Virus record (IMG/VR): IMGVR_UViG_3300028377_000003
Coordinates: 62,001-126,000 of that record
Reading direction: 5' to 3' (one strand)
Origin: an uncultured virus (IMG/VR IMGVR_UViG_3300028377_000003)
Lineage: Duplodnaviria > Heunggongvirae > Uroviricota > Caudoviricetes
DNA: 64,000 nucleotides
Part shown: positions 9,060 to 18,756 of the stretch, one piece after another
How the letters are laid out: each line of letters begins with the position of its first letter
Numbering within the stretch: the stretch's first letter is position 1
Translations under genes and position numbers: made by a program
The notes under the pieces: model-generated
The model's input: only the letters and a program-made list of their open reading frames with translations
Databases searched by the model: none
What the model was told of the DNA's origin: nothing

Positions 9060-9690
9060 TAGGGGCCGTCTCAAAGCGCACACATATCACTTAGCCAAGC
9101 GGAGTCTGGAGGCGTTACGTAGTAATTGACCTTGACGCCTTCGAGTTCTTGCGGAATCATATTGGTGATCTGCGTGTTGGCAGATCGGACGGGTTAACAA
9201 CCGTCGCCGGTGCTTGACTCATAGCAACCTCGCTGTGGGCCGAAGATGGAAAGCCGGTCGGGGTACTCCGCACTCCCCCATCAACAAAGAGTGTCGATGT
9301 AAAGGATCGAGAACCATTGCCCTGTCAAAAGGGTTACTAGCTCGATGACTCCGATAGCCGCCACTTGCTTTCGTGCCTATCAAGGCATGTAGCTGACGGA
9401 TTCCCCAATGACTTCCTGAGTCGGGGGATGAAGGCTGGTAGGAATCGTTTCCCTATGGATCCTTAGTCGGATGTCGGGAACACGCCCATCGGGGCGGTCA
9501 AGCACCGGGTAGTTTACCGGTCAAGAGGTTTGACCACCCGTGATACCTATCTTGGCAAGTAACAATTGGAACCTCATGGATTCCCCAATGACTTCCTGAG
9601 TCGGGGAACGACGGGCTCTACAGTTGGTAGCTATTTGGTAACGGAGGCAAGAGGTCTTGGAATGATAAGCAGTCAGGTAGTTTAGTGAGT
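9060..9690 (+). ncRNA. Candidate large structured non-coding RNA (family unassigned; strand and ends uncertain)
   Basis: No credible ORF; perfect 12-bp long-range helix 9207-9218/9497-9508 plus many local hairpins, several with G-U pairs on the + strand. Confidence 0.55.
9398..9606 (+). repeat. Exact 29-bp direct repeat, two copies 180 bp apart (9398-9426, 9578-9606)
   Basis: ggattccccaatgacttcctgagtcgggg twice; each folds as a bulged hairpin. Confidence 0.95.
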
Positions 9691-9744
9691 AATGTCCTAC
9701 CAACATACGTAATAAGTACTCAGAGTTATAGTACTCTAGGTTGT

Positions 9745-9930
9745 TCTTATTACTCTACTCTCTCTTCTTCCTCTCTTACTTTCCTTGATCAGTCTTCACC
9801 TTTACCTAATAAGAACCTAAGCAATAGCCATATAAGAAACAGTAAAAGAAACAGAAGTAAAAGAAACAGAAGTAAAAGTAAGAGCAGCAGCAGTAGAAAC
9901 AGCAACAGCAATACAACCGGCAACAGGTGT
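9745..9930. repeat. Low-complexity pyrimidine tract followed by purine-rich short tandem repeats
   Basis: tactctactctctcttcttcctctcttactttcc, then aaagaaacagaagta repeats and cag/caa runs. Confidence 0.8.
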
Positions 9931-10385
9931 AGCAGCGTAAGCACCCACGCACGTGTATGTGTCCCCTACGGGGATAGACTACCGATTTTTGGAAGTGTAT
10001 GAGATAGCCACAGTGACCTTGTGAAGTATCCGATAACTGAGTGCCTTGGTGGGCACGGGGGATAGCCACCTGAAGCCTCTTGGAGCGCTTGATAGCCTCT
10101 GAGAATACTTTTGGATCCGGGCTTTTAAGGGGTAAAATACTATTGGGGACAGTAAAACCAGAGTATTTACCCTTGATGAGGATCTAATAGACTTGGCGAG
10201 GGTTGGTGAGTGAATTTCCGAACGGAATAGAAACCGTTTTTGTGGTGCTATTTTTAACGATCGTAGCTACCGGATGGAGATCTCTAACTTTTTTCGACCG
10301 GTCCAAGTGTGATCTGGGTATAATAAGTGAGATTACTTGAGGGGCGGTCCCTCAAATTGGTAGCAAAACGAATACGGAGATTCAC

Positions 10386-10646
10386 ATGATTTACACGTTT
10401 GAAGAAGGCCCTAGCATCGACGAGTTGCTTGAAAACTACATCAAGGCGCTTGTCGCTTCCCCCGATGAAGTAGAGATCGAAAAGACTGAAAGCTCTACGA
10501 CCCTCATTTATACCATTGACGTCGTACATGATGATCGCGGCAAGATTATCGGGCGTGGTGGTTCCATCATCAACAGCCTCAAGACCATTTTTCGTGCGCT
10601 TGGTTGCAAGCATGGTAAGAAGGTCCTCCTAGAAATCAGGGAGTAA
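10386..10646 (+). CDS. khpA: KH-domain RNA-binding protein (KhpA/YlqC-like)
   Basis: 86 aa; LVASPDEVEI...DRGKIIGRGGSIINSLKT with the GxxG loop. Confidence 0.8.
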   Translation: MIYTFEEGPSIDELLENYIKALVASPDEVEIEKTESSTTLIYTIDVVHDDRGKIIGRGGSIINSLKTIFRALGCKHGKKVLLEIRE

Positions 10647-10649
10647 GGC

Positions 10650-11237
10650 ATGTCAAACGACGATTTGTTTGCTGGCCGCAGTGAAGAGGAAACGGCGAAA
10701 AGAGCCGAACAACTTGCTGAGGCGGAAGATGAGGGTGAAGTCTGGTCACAACTAGATTTCAAGCCGCTTGATGAGACACCCGAAGACCACGACCCCGTTG
10801 ATTTTGAAGCTCTTGCTAACGAAATCGGGGTCGTGGATCGGGACTATTACTGGTTCAAACGGGACATCCAAGAGGTGTACCTTGAACGGGAAATAGGTGA
10901 TCTCGAAGAGGGTCATCCCGATATTGAACAGGCGTACATCGCTTTTGAAGAGCGTATCGTAGACGACAAGGCCGGGCACCAGTTTTATCTGGACAATTAT
11001 GCCCATATTGGTGAGGACGAATTAGACGCTCCTCAAGCCTTGGAGGCTTTTTTCGCTTACCAAGATGAGATCGACGCCCGCCAAGATGCCCACAAAAACA
11101 TGTTGGATACGCAATTCAAAAATGCGGATACGGAAGTCGTGTCGGGTTATAAGCCACGGCACGCTCAAGAGCGGCTGATTATTCGTGCTGAGGATGAGGA
11201 TCCTCAGATCATCATGCCGAGGTCCGATGATGAGTAA
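10650..11237 (+). CDS. Acidic hypothetical protein
   Basis: 195-aa ORF in operon spacing. Confidence 0.7.
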   Translation: MSNDDLFAGRSEEETAKRAEQLAEAEDEGEVWSQLDFKPLDETPEDHDPVDFEALANEIGVVDRDYYWFKRDIQEVYLEREIGDLEEGHPDIEQAYIAFEERIVDDKAGHQFYLDNYAHIGEDELDAPQALEAFFAYQDEIDARQDAHKNMLDTQFKNADTEVVSGYKPRHAQERLIIRAEDEDPQIIMPRSDDE

Positions 11238-11472
11238 TGGCCTTTTGAAAACCGAAATCCTTTGCCACGACTTGTGGGCCGGTGATATGAAGCTCCAGTT
11301 ACCGTGGCAACCGGAAGGCAACCTTATCTTTTTGCATTTCACCATGCCCACCAAGGGCAAGATCGAAGGTCTGTTCGTGGTGGAAAAGCGGTTGGATATG
11401 TACGACACCCGTGAAAACGGTTATGTCCAGCGCCTACGCATCAAACCTTTCGAAGATGACGAGGAATCATAA
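11227..11472 (+). CDS. Hypothetical protein
   Basis: Overlapping start with GAGG RBS. Confidence 0.55.
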   Translation: MMSNGLLKTEILCHDLWAGDMKLQLPWQPEGNLIFLHFTMPTKGKIEGLFVVEKRLDMYDTRENGYVQRLRIKPFEDDEES

Positions 11473-11526
11473 TCTTTTGATAGCACCCTCTTGGTGTATT
11501 CTTAATACTACCAGAAGGTCTCCACG

Positions 11527-12222
11527 ATGGGCGACAAGCTATATAATTCACATGTGATCGAGATCGAATGCAACGGGTGGGCAAAGGAAAACCTTTTGCC
11601 GCTGTTGGACGCCGTGAAATACCTATGTAACGTAGGCTCCTCGCGGTCAGTAACGATCGAAGATTACAAGGATCTAGGACCATTCTATATTGATGGGGAT
11701 GGACCTGATGCTGTGACCAGCATCAAAGTCGATGGTGAAGAGGCCGAGATTTCTAAAGAGGGTGCCATGAATTTATATGATCAGTTAGTGAAAATGGGGT
11801 CGGTTCGAAAAGAGCTTCGGCCCCACATTCGTCCCGTACTGGCTACTCTACGGCGTCAGAAAATGGCTTCCGAAGAGCGCGCTAAAGAGGCGGCGGGTGA
11901 GTCGCTGTTTGAAACGCTTGCTGAGTTTTGCAACGAACTTGCGAAAGTGGGCCAAAAGATCCTACGTCGTGAATCCGAAGTCGTGTCTCACCGTGTAAAC
12001 GAGGTGGAGCACTATCTGGAGGTCACGCACAAAGCGAGTCGGACTCGATACCGGGCACGTTTCGGCGTAGACGCCTGTGATCTGGATAACGTCTTGGTAG
12101 TCGTGGAGTACATGGCCGGTGACGAAGTTCTGGAAAGAGACGAATTTACCGGTGAGATGGAACCCACCGATGTAGCTGAACAAGCTGCAGATCGCCTTAT
12201 GGCCGTTATTATGGGAGCGTAA
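11527..12222 (+). CDS. Hypothetical protein; leader motif begins at internal ATG 11767
   Basis: Internal MNLYDQLVKMGSVRKELRPHIRPVLA. Confidence 0.75.
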   Translation: MGDKLYNSHVIEIECNGWAKENLLPLLDAVKYLCNVGSSRSVTIEDYKDLGPFYIDGDGPDAVTSIKVDGEEAEISKEGAMNLYDQLVKMGSVRKELRPHIRPVLATLRRQKMASEERAKEAAGESLFETLAEFCNELAKVGQKILRRESEVVSHRVNEVEHYLEVTHKASRTRYRARFGVDACDLDNVLVVVEYMAGDEVLERDEFTGEMEPTDVAEQAADRLMAVIMGA

Positions 12223-12228
12223 TCAGCT

Positions 12229-12822
12229 ATGGACGCTCTTTCGAAAGCCACAAATGGGTTTATCAGTGGGGATACCTCGGTCACTATGACGACGGGGTAC
12301 CTTTCCGGTGAAGCTATCTCAGAGGCGGAACGGCAGGTTTCGATTCTGGGAACGGCCACTTTCGGGAAAACGTCGTCCTCCAGCGGCCCGTCATATTCCA
12401 GAGGACTGTCTTACAAAGAGGGTGGTCGACACCACAGTGGCTCTTACGCGGGAAATGACGGCGTTAAATTCGCCGAATTCGTCGATCAACGGGGAAAATC
12501 TTACCCTCAGCGGTCGATGTATTACGGGGAAGCCTTACGGGTGGTGCCTATCATTTCGCTTTTAGCCGCCCGCAACGAACTGTTCGTGCGGCCCCATAAA
12601 GAGGGGATACAGGTTTCATCACGAAATAGCCGGTTCAAGTCAGTTTTGACTCGGGGGGATTGGGCTAAGATAGTGACGTTGCTATCGGGTTCGTCAGTTA
12701 AAGATGTGATTGGCGAGATTACGGCGAGGGAAGATCCCTTGTTGAACAACGTGGATGCGCATTTGGAATTACTTGAAGGTCAAATTGAGAGCTTGTTTTC
12801 CAAGTTCGATGACCGCACATGA
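12229..12822 (+). CDS. Hypothetical protein
   Basis: 197-aa ORF, GGAG RBS. Confidence 0.65.
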   Translation: MDALSKATNGFISGDTSVTMTTGYLSGEAISEAERQVSILGTATFGKTSSSSGPSYSRGLSYKEGGRHHSGSYAGNDGVKFAEFVDQRGKSYPQRSMYYGEALRVVPIISLLAARNELFVRPHKEGIQVSSRNSRFKSVLTRGDWAKIVTLLSGSSVKDVIGEITAREDPLLNNVDAHLELLEGQIESLFSKFDDRT

Positions 12823-13166
12823 CACAGGAGTATGGTATGTCGGAAGAACAGAACGATCAACTCAACCTAGACGCTCATTCAGAGAATCTAGTCGAAGAAG
12901 AAAAGATCGAGGCGGCCCTGAGCAAGCACGAAGGCGACCTCCGCCAAGTGAATATGGGGTGCCGTCGCAATGAGCATGTCGACGGACGACCCGGAGCATC
13001 TTCGGGTGACGGTGATGTTGGTAAGAGTGCTACCACGTGCGCCAGCAAGCGGGCGTATGTTATGACTGACGTGATCGACAACGTTCAGATGGGGCATTCG
13101 ATTTACCGTTGTGTTGATTGCGGCTATTCGTGGTCGGTTTCGACAGGCGGCACTTTCAAATACTAA
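12819..13166 (+). CDS. Hypothetical Zn-ribbon protein
   Basis: C...C and YRCVDCGYSW. Confidence 0.65.
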   Translation: MTQEYGMSEEQNDQLNLDAHSENLVEEEKIEAALSKHEGDLRQVNMGCRRNEHVDGRPGASSGDGDVGKSATTCASKRAYVMTDVIDNVQMGHSIYRCVDCGYSWSVSTGGTFKY

Positions 13167-13285
13167 TTGATGGTGGCGGGGATAGGCACCGAGCAAGGGT
13201 GGTCTTCATGTCGGAGATCACCCTTGATTATCTCGGGCGTTATGGTAGGCTCTGATACGTTAAGATCGCACTATTACGAAGAACT

Positions 13286-14248
13286 ATGTTTACGAATATT
13301 TTCGGCCACGGCCAAATCACAGATTATTTGCAAAGGCTCATCGAGACGGGGGATCTCCCATCTTGCCTCCTTTTTCACGGACCCGAGGGCGTAGGTAAAC
13401 GAACTACGGCACTCGAAGTCGCTAAGAGACTCAACTGTACGGGCACTCGCAAAGCCGGGTGCTCTTGCGCCTCTTGCCACAAGATCGAGAGCGGCAACCA
13501 TCTGGATATCATGGACTATGTGCCGGATGGTAAGACCTTCAAGATCGACCAAGTGCGTGATCTCATTAACGAATCCAATCGCTCCCGCATGGAAGGTAAC
13601 GTGCGGGTGTTCCTCCTGAACGATGCACAGCGGCTTGGGATAAAAGCCGCCGATGCGTTGCTCAAGACGCTCGAAGATGGGCGGGAAAACACCCTTTTCA
13701 TTTTGCTATCGACGTCGAAGACCGCGCTGGTACCTACGCTGGTTAGCCGGTCGCTTGACTTTTATTTCGGGGCCTTGTCCGACGATGCTGTGCGGAGCGT
13801 CCTCGAAAGTAAAGGGCATCGGGGCGCTAGCGTAGATCATGCGGTACGTCTCGGTGGTGGGAGCATAAGCAAGACACTCTATTTTCTGGAGGGCGAGGGA
13901 CTTCAGTTGCGCAACGACGTGTTGTCGCTCCTTTGCGAATACCCACACATCAAAGATTTCCGGGTGATCACGAAAGTCAATGAATATTCGGATCAGATCG
14001 GCGAGTTTTTGGAAACCCTGTATGTCTTGCTTTCCGACCTGTGTTTGGTGGAGCGCGACCTGACAGATTTCGTGCAAAATCAAGACATTTTAGGACAACT
14101 TTCTGGTCTGAAAAATCGTTTTGGTCCAAAATGCTTTAATGCGTTCTCTTTAGTACGCGCTGTGCGTCATCGACAAGAGGACCCGATTGCGCTTGACCAC
14201 CACGTGAAGAGCGTACTGTTGGATCTCAAAGACGAATTTAGAACATGA
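13286..14248 (+). CDS. holB: DNA polymerase III delta' subunit-like clamp loader
   Basis: LLFHGPEGVGK, CSCASC zinc site, HLD, KIDQVR, ADALLKTLE, TLVSR. Confidence 0.85.
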   Translation: MFTNIFGHGQITDYLQRLIETGDLPSCLLFHGPEGVGKRTTALEVAKRLNCTGTRKAGCSCASCHKIESGNHLDIMDYVPDGKTFKIDQVRDLINESNRSRMEGNVRVFLLNDAQRLGIKAADALLKTLEDGRENTLFILLSTSKTALVPTLVSRSLDFYFGALSDDAVRSVLESKGHRGASVDHAVRLGGGSISKTLYFLEGEGLQLRNDVLSLLCEYPHIKDFRVITKVNEYSDQIGEFLETLYVLLSDLCLVERDLTDFVQNQDILGQLSGLKNRFGPKCFNAFSLVRAVRHRQEDPIALDHHVKSVLLDLKDEFRT

Positions 14249-15204
14249 AAACGCCTACGATTGACTGGACAGATGAGCCCTCCGTTGTTGTGGTTGACGG
14301 TTCCGAAGAATATTTCAAGGACCAAATCACTGAATCAGCCAAGCGTACCCTTGACGGGTATAGCTCCGTTCTTGTATGGGCGGGGATTGATTCGGATAAT
14401 GCGATCCGCAACCACCTCTTTGAGGGTTCCCTCATTCCGACCAAAAAGCTGATCATGATCCGGGATGCAAACCGGGTGGATGATTCGGGTTTTTTGGAGC
14501 GGTACTGTAAAGATCCCAACCCTAATCACGTGGTGATTTTGATCGCTTCGGGTGGACGTAAGCCGAAGTGGTTTGGAAAGCTCAAATGCGACGAAAAGGT
14601 CAAGTGTGTTTCGCCCAAGCCTTGGGAATACAAGGATTGGGTGGTGTCGTATTGCCGGAGGCGGGGTTTCAACCTCGATGAGGGTTACGCCGAAAACATC
14701 CATGCGAACGTAGGGGACGACCTTTACGCTTTATCGAATGAGATGGAAAAGGTGTTTTTGAATATGGGCGATCGAACGACCATCACGCCCAAGGATATCA
14801 CTTCGGTTCTGGTCCAACACAAAACGATCAACCCCTTCAACGTTTTGAAGGCGTGGGGTGCAAAGCAAATGTCGACGGCCCTTCGAATGGCCACCATTTA
14901 CTTTCACCAGTCCACAGACATCTATGCGTGTCTCCCGCTGATTTCGATGTTTTTGGGGCAGATCGAAAAGCTCATTCTTTTCGAGTCCTATTTCAAGAGC
15001 GAGTTCAGCAAAAACGATGTATGCAGCCTGATGGGAATTTCCCACTACGTCTACGACCAGTTGCATCGGCAATCGGTTCATTGGAACCTCAAGCAGTTGC
15101 GAAAAGCGTATCGTCAGATGTGCGAAATTGAATCTATGGCCAAGCGCGGGAAAAACGGTCCCCTGTTAATCAACTGGTTTCTTAGTCAAGACTTTGAGGA
15201 GTAA
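14245..15204 (+). CDS. holA: DNA polymerase III delta subunit-like clamp loader
   Basis: GSEEYF, VGDDLYALSNEMEK, ITPKDI; directly follows holB-like gene. Confidence 0.7.
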   Translation: MKTPTIDWTDEPSVVVVDGSEEYFKDQITESAKRTLDGYSSVLVWAGIDSDNAIRNHLFEGSLIPTKKLIMIRDANRVDDSGFLERYCKDPNPNHVVILIASGGRKPKWFGKLKCDEKVKCVSPKPWEYKDWVVSYCRRRGFNLDEGYAENIHANVGDDLYALSNEMEKVFLNMGDRTTITPKDITSVLVQHKTINPFNVLKAWGAKQMSTALRMATIYFHQSTDIYACLPLISMFLGQIEKLILFESYFKSEFSKNDVCSLMGISHYVYDQLHRQSVHWNLKQLRKAYRQMCEIESMAKRGKNGPLLINWFLSQDFEE

Positions 15205-15207
15205 TTC

Positions 15208-17973
15208 ATGATTTTTAACACCCGATTGGCCCGCGAAAATTGGGCTTCCAAGTATCAGTATGATGGTGAAACAGCGCTTGAAACCTACAAGCGTGTGGCA
15301 CGGTCAATTGCAGAGGTAGAGCGCCAGTATGGTGCCAGTGATCAAGAGGTTGAAGAGTGGTATGACCGCTACCTAAAGACCCTTGTGAAGTTCGAGCCGC
15401 TTCCGGTTGGTTCACAGTATTCAAAGGACGACGAAGACCTGTATACGAGCGAGATCACGGGTCAGACCTATCGTGCTGTGGGTATGAAGGCTACACCAGC
15501 GGGCCGCATCACAGCGAACGCCGGTACGGATTTCGATAAAGCTACCGTTTGGAACTGCTTTATCAACAGCCCGGTGTCCAACGCCAAGATCAATTACAGC
15601 AAGCGCGTTCCCAATTCGGATGCGGTGATTGACTGCAGCCTCGACACCGAAGAGACACCCGACAACCTGACCAACATTTTCCTTTCGCTGCTTGAGGCCG
15701 CCGAAACGCTCAAGTCCGAAGGTGGATACGGGATGAATTTCGGTTTCATCCGTCCGCGTGGCTCTTTCATCGGTGGTGTCGGCATCCGTCACCCCGGCGT
15801 TGTCAGTTACATGGAGCTATGGGATAAAATGAGCGGTATGATCGTCAAGGGGGATAACGACGGTTATGAAGACCAGATCGTCAACCACTTTGAGGAGGCG
15901 GTTAAGGATCGGGTGGAAAAAGCCCAGCCCCGTAAAGGTGCTATGATGGCTATCCTTCCGGTATGGCACCCGGATGTTGAAGAGTTCGTCCGCGCCAAAC
16001 AGGAGGCGGGCCGCCTGACCAAGTTCAATATCAGCGTGATGGTTGACGATGCGTTCATGGAAGCCGTGCAAGCGGATGATTTCTATGACCTCCATTTCAA
16101 CGGGAAAACTTACAAGCGGGTCAAGGCACGTGATCTATACGATCTGATCATGGAGTCCACGTACAACCGGAATGAGCCGGGCATCATGTATTTCGATAAC
16201 ATGAACCGGAACAACCCCCTGATTTATCTTGGACCCGTCAGCGCTTCAAACCCATGCGGTGAAATCCCCGGCACGTCGTTCATGGACCAAGGGTATCAGC
16301 CAGCGGAGTACCTCAAGCCTTACATGGAAGAGTGGGACGACCACTTGCTAGGGTTCACGACCGTTTGTTTGCTGGGTTCGATCAACCTGACGCAGTTCAT
16401 TACGGACGACCGTACTTTCGATTACGAAGGCTATGCAGAAACGATTGAAGTCTTTACCCGGATGCTGGATAACGTCAACGACACGGGTACGGTACCTCTT
16501 CCGGCTTACGAATGGGCGGTATCTCAGATCCGCCAGTTTGGTATGGGCGTCAACGGGCTAGGGTCCAGTATGTATATGCTGGGGATCCGTTATGGTACCG
16601 ATGAGGCTGCGGATTTCATTGATGAGATCCATCGGATCAAAGACGAAGTGACGCTTAGGGCTTCGGCATTGCTGGCGAAGGAGAAGGGTCCGTTCCCGAT
16701 GTACGACGAGCGGTATCTGGAAACGCCGTATTTCAAAAACGTCTGTACGGCTTCGGAAGATACGATTGAGTTGGTTCGTAAGTACGGTGTACGCAATGCC
16801 AAGCGCCTGACGAACCCGCCGCTGGGCAACAGTTCGATTATCTGTGACATGGTGTCTAACGGCATCGAGCCGGTTTTCGCGCATGGTTACGAGCGCACGA
16901 TGATCGCGTCGGCCTGGCCCGAAGGTCTGACACAAGATAACGTCAAGGACATTCTTGACGAAATCGAAGTGGGAGACGCGGTTGCTTGGAGGGGCGAGTA
17001 CGAAGGTCGTATCTGGTACTATGAGCCGCACAACCGGGGGCTTTGTTTCATCGACCCCGTAGAGGACTATGGCTATTCATGGCTCAAGGAGCATTTCCCG
17101 GAAGCCCTTGAAGAGGGTGATGATTATCTCGTGACCGCACAGGATTTGCCGGTCCGGGAGCATGTCTACATGCAAGCGAAAGTGCAAGAGTCGTGTGATC
17201 AGAGCGTTTCAAAGACCGCCAACGTCCCCGAGGAGTACCCCTTTGATGATTTCAAGCAGCTTTACATGGATTCATGGAAAGCTGGTCTTGTCGGATTCAC
17301 GACGTACAGGGCGGGAACAATGGAGTCAGTGCTTTCCACCGGCGAAGAAAGTGGTGCCCCGAAGCAAAGTGGTGAGCTGCTCCTTTCGCTGATTGAGTAT
17401 GGATGCACGCCCGAAGATGCGGAGATCACTGATGAAAGCGTGGTGGTAAAGGATGTGAAACTGCCTGACGAATTTTCGAACGGGCCTACGCACACGATCC
17501 GTCGTGAAGGCAATAAGTATTACATGCATTTGTCATACTTGCCGAACGATCTGGTTAACCCCGTGGCTCTGTGGATTCACAGCAATTCGTATGAAACGGG
17601 CGAATACGTTACCATGAACCGGGCTTTCAGGGCCGTCACAAAGCTCCTGTTGGCAAAGGGCGTGTCGCAGGACCTCGTGCTAGATCAAGTCGATAAGCTC
17701 CATGAGGATGCGTATCACGTGAAGCTGGGCAAGGTCATTTCGATGGCGATGCGACACAATATCTCGCTCCCGGATATCGTGGCTTCAATCAGTGATATCG
17801 AAGGCGACTATATCGCCACTACCTTGACTGCTGTTCGTCAGTTCCTCACGGAGCACATTTTGGACGGTACGAAAGCCACGAATGCTGAGTGTCCGAGTTG
17901 TGGATCAGATGATATCATATTTGAAAGTGGCTGCAGTGCTTGCCGGTCTTGTGGACACAGCGGTTGTGGTTGA
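15208..17973 (+). CDS. nrdJ: Ribonucleotide reductase, class II (B12-dependent) type
   Basis: PAGRI, NCF, GGYG, HPDVEEF, NPCGE, CLLGSINL, SKTAN, TTYR; C-terminal CPSC...CRSCG; no beta subunit nearby. Confidence 0.85.
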   Translation: MIFNTRLARENWASKYQYDGETALETYKRVARSIAEVERQYGASDQEVEEWYDRYLKTLVKFEPLPVGSQYSKDDEDLYTSEITGQTYRAVGMKATPAGRITANAGTDFDKATVWNCFINSPVSNAKINYSKRVPNSDAVIDCSLDTEETPDNLTNIFLSLLEAAETLKSEGGYGMNFGFIRPRGSFIGGVGIRHPGVVSYMELWDKMSGMIVKGDNDGYEDQIVNHFEEAVKDRVEKAQPRKGAMMAILPVWHPDVEEFVRAKQEAGRLTKFNISVMVDDAFMEAVQADDFYDLHFNGKTYKRVKARDLYDLIMESTYNRNEPGIMYFDNMNRNNPLIYLGPVSASNPCGEIPGTSFMDQGYQPAEYLKPYMEEWDDHLLGFTTVCLLGSINLTQFITDDRTFDYEGYAETIEVFTRMLDNVNDTGTVPLPAYEWAVSQIRQFGMGVNGLGSSMYMLGIRYGTDEAADFIDEIHRIKDEVTLRASALLAKEKGPFPMYDERYLETPYFKNVCTASEDTIELVRKYGVRNAKRLTNPPLGNSSIICDMVSNGIEPVFAHGYERTMIASAWPEGLTQDNVKDILDEIEVGDAVAWRGEYEGRIWYYEPHNRGLCFIDPVEDYGYSWLKEHFPEALEEGDDYLVTAQDLPVREHVYMQAKVQESCDQSVSKTANVPEEYPFDDFKQLYMDSWKAGLVGFTTYRAGTMESVLSTGEESGAPKQSGELLLSLIEYGCTPEDAEITDESVVVKDVKLPDEFSNGPTHTIRREGNKYYMHLSYLPNDLVNPVALWIHSNSYETGEYVTMNRAFRAVTKLLLAKGVSQDLVLDQVDKLHEDAYHVKLGKVISMAMRHNISLPDIVASISDIEGDYIATTLTAVRQFLTEHILDGTKATNAECPSCGSDDIIFESGCSACRSCGHSGCG

Positions 17974-18036
17974 TTGATAATCCTTTGGTATCCAACCACT
18001 ATTGGTACACCTTTAACCTCCAGTAGTGGTTGGATC

Positions 18037-18564
18037 ATGATCCAATGCGAAATCTGTAGCTCAGAATTCAAGAACAACAAAGCCGGTCAATTGACACGTC
18101 ATTTGGGGGATGAGCATGATTTGTCCCTTGCAGATTATGTGATCTTGACTGAATACAACGGCAAAGAGCCTCGATGCAAATGCGGGTACTGTGAAGAGCG
18201 GCCCAATTTCTATCGAGGCTCTTTTCGTAAGTACGCCACGGGTCATAGATCCTTTGAATGGCGTGAAACAAAGTACATCGAAAACCACGGCCAGCCTATT
18301 TGTGATGAATGCGGTGATCCCGTAGGGTTCAAAAGGGGTTCACCCCTCAGTTACTGTTCGTACCAATGTAGTGGAAAGAATGCAGGATTTTCACTTGACA
18401 AAACCCAAGACAAGATCCGGGAAGTGGTGCAGGAAAAGTATGGGGTGGCTAATGTATCGCATCTTGATCGGGTAAAAGAAAAGATTGGTAATGCCCACCG
18501 AGGAATGTCTCGCCCACCACAAGACAAAGAGACGCTCCGCAAAAAGTCTGTGGCTTCACGGTAA
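18037..18564 (+). CDS. Zn-finger protein resembling the N-terminal part of a homing endonuclease, no nuclease domain
   Basis: CEIC...H...H, CKCGYC, CDEC, KYGVANVS; AT-rich. Confidence 0.55.
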   Translation: MIQCEICSSEFKNNKAGQLTRHLGDEHDLSLADYVILTEYNGKEPRCKCGYCEERPNFYRGSFRKYATGHRSFEWRETKYIENHGQPICDECGDPVGFKRGSPLSYCSYQCSGKNAGFSLDKTQDKIREVVQEKYGVANVSHLDRVKEKIGNAHRGMSRPPQDKETLRKKSVASR

Positions 18565-18756
18565 GCGGGGTGTCCCCTTCTGGGAAGGAGGGGATGCTCT
18601 TTGGTTATCCTTACGCATGTAAGTCCGGGTTTTTCAAGGGCATGAACGATACAGGCATTGCTGTAGTGGATCGGGATAGCTCCAGAGGTTCATATATCAC
18701 CTACAGGATCCAACGATGAACCGATTGATTTGCGTTTTTGAAGAATTGGAGGTGCC

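Noticed and set aside
9398..9606. CRISPR array
   Set aside because: Only two repeat copies, a 151-nt gap and no cas operon; the nuclease at 30520 sits in a recombination cluster
9060..9690. tmRNA, RNase P RNA, tRNA or group I/II intron
   Set aside because: No convincing signature sequences seen and no interrupted gene flanks the region; left unassigned
9685..10069. ORFs 9685-10002 (+) and 9806-10069 (-)
   Set aside because: Low-complexity translations of the skewed repeat tract with no RBS
10294..10324. sigma70 promoter before the KH gene
   Set aside because: TATAAT is present at 10319 but the -35 match is poor or wrongly spaced
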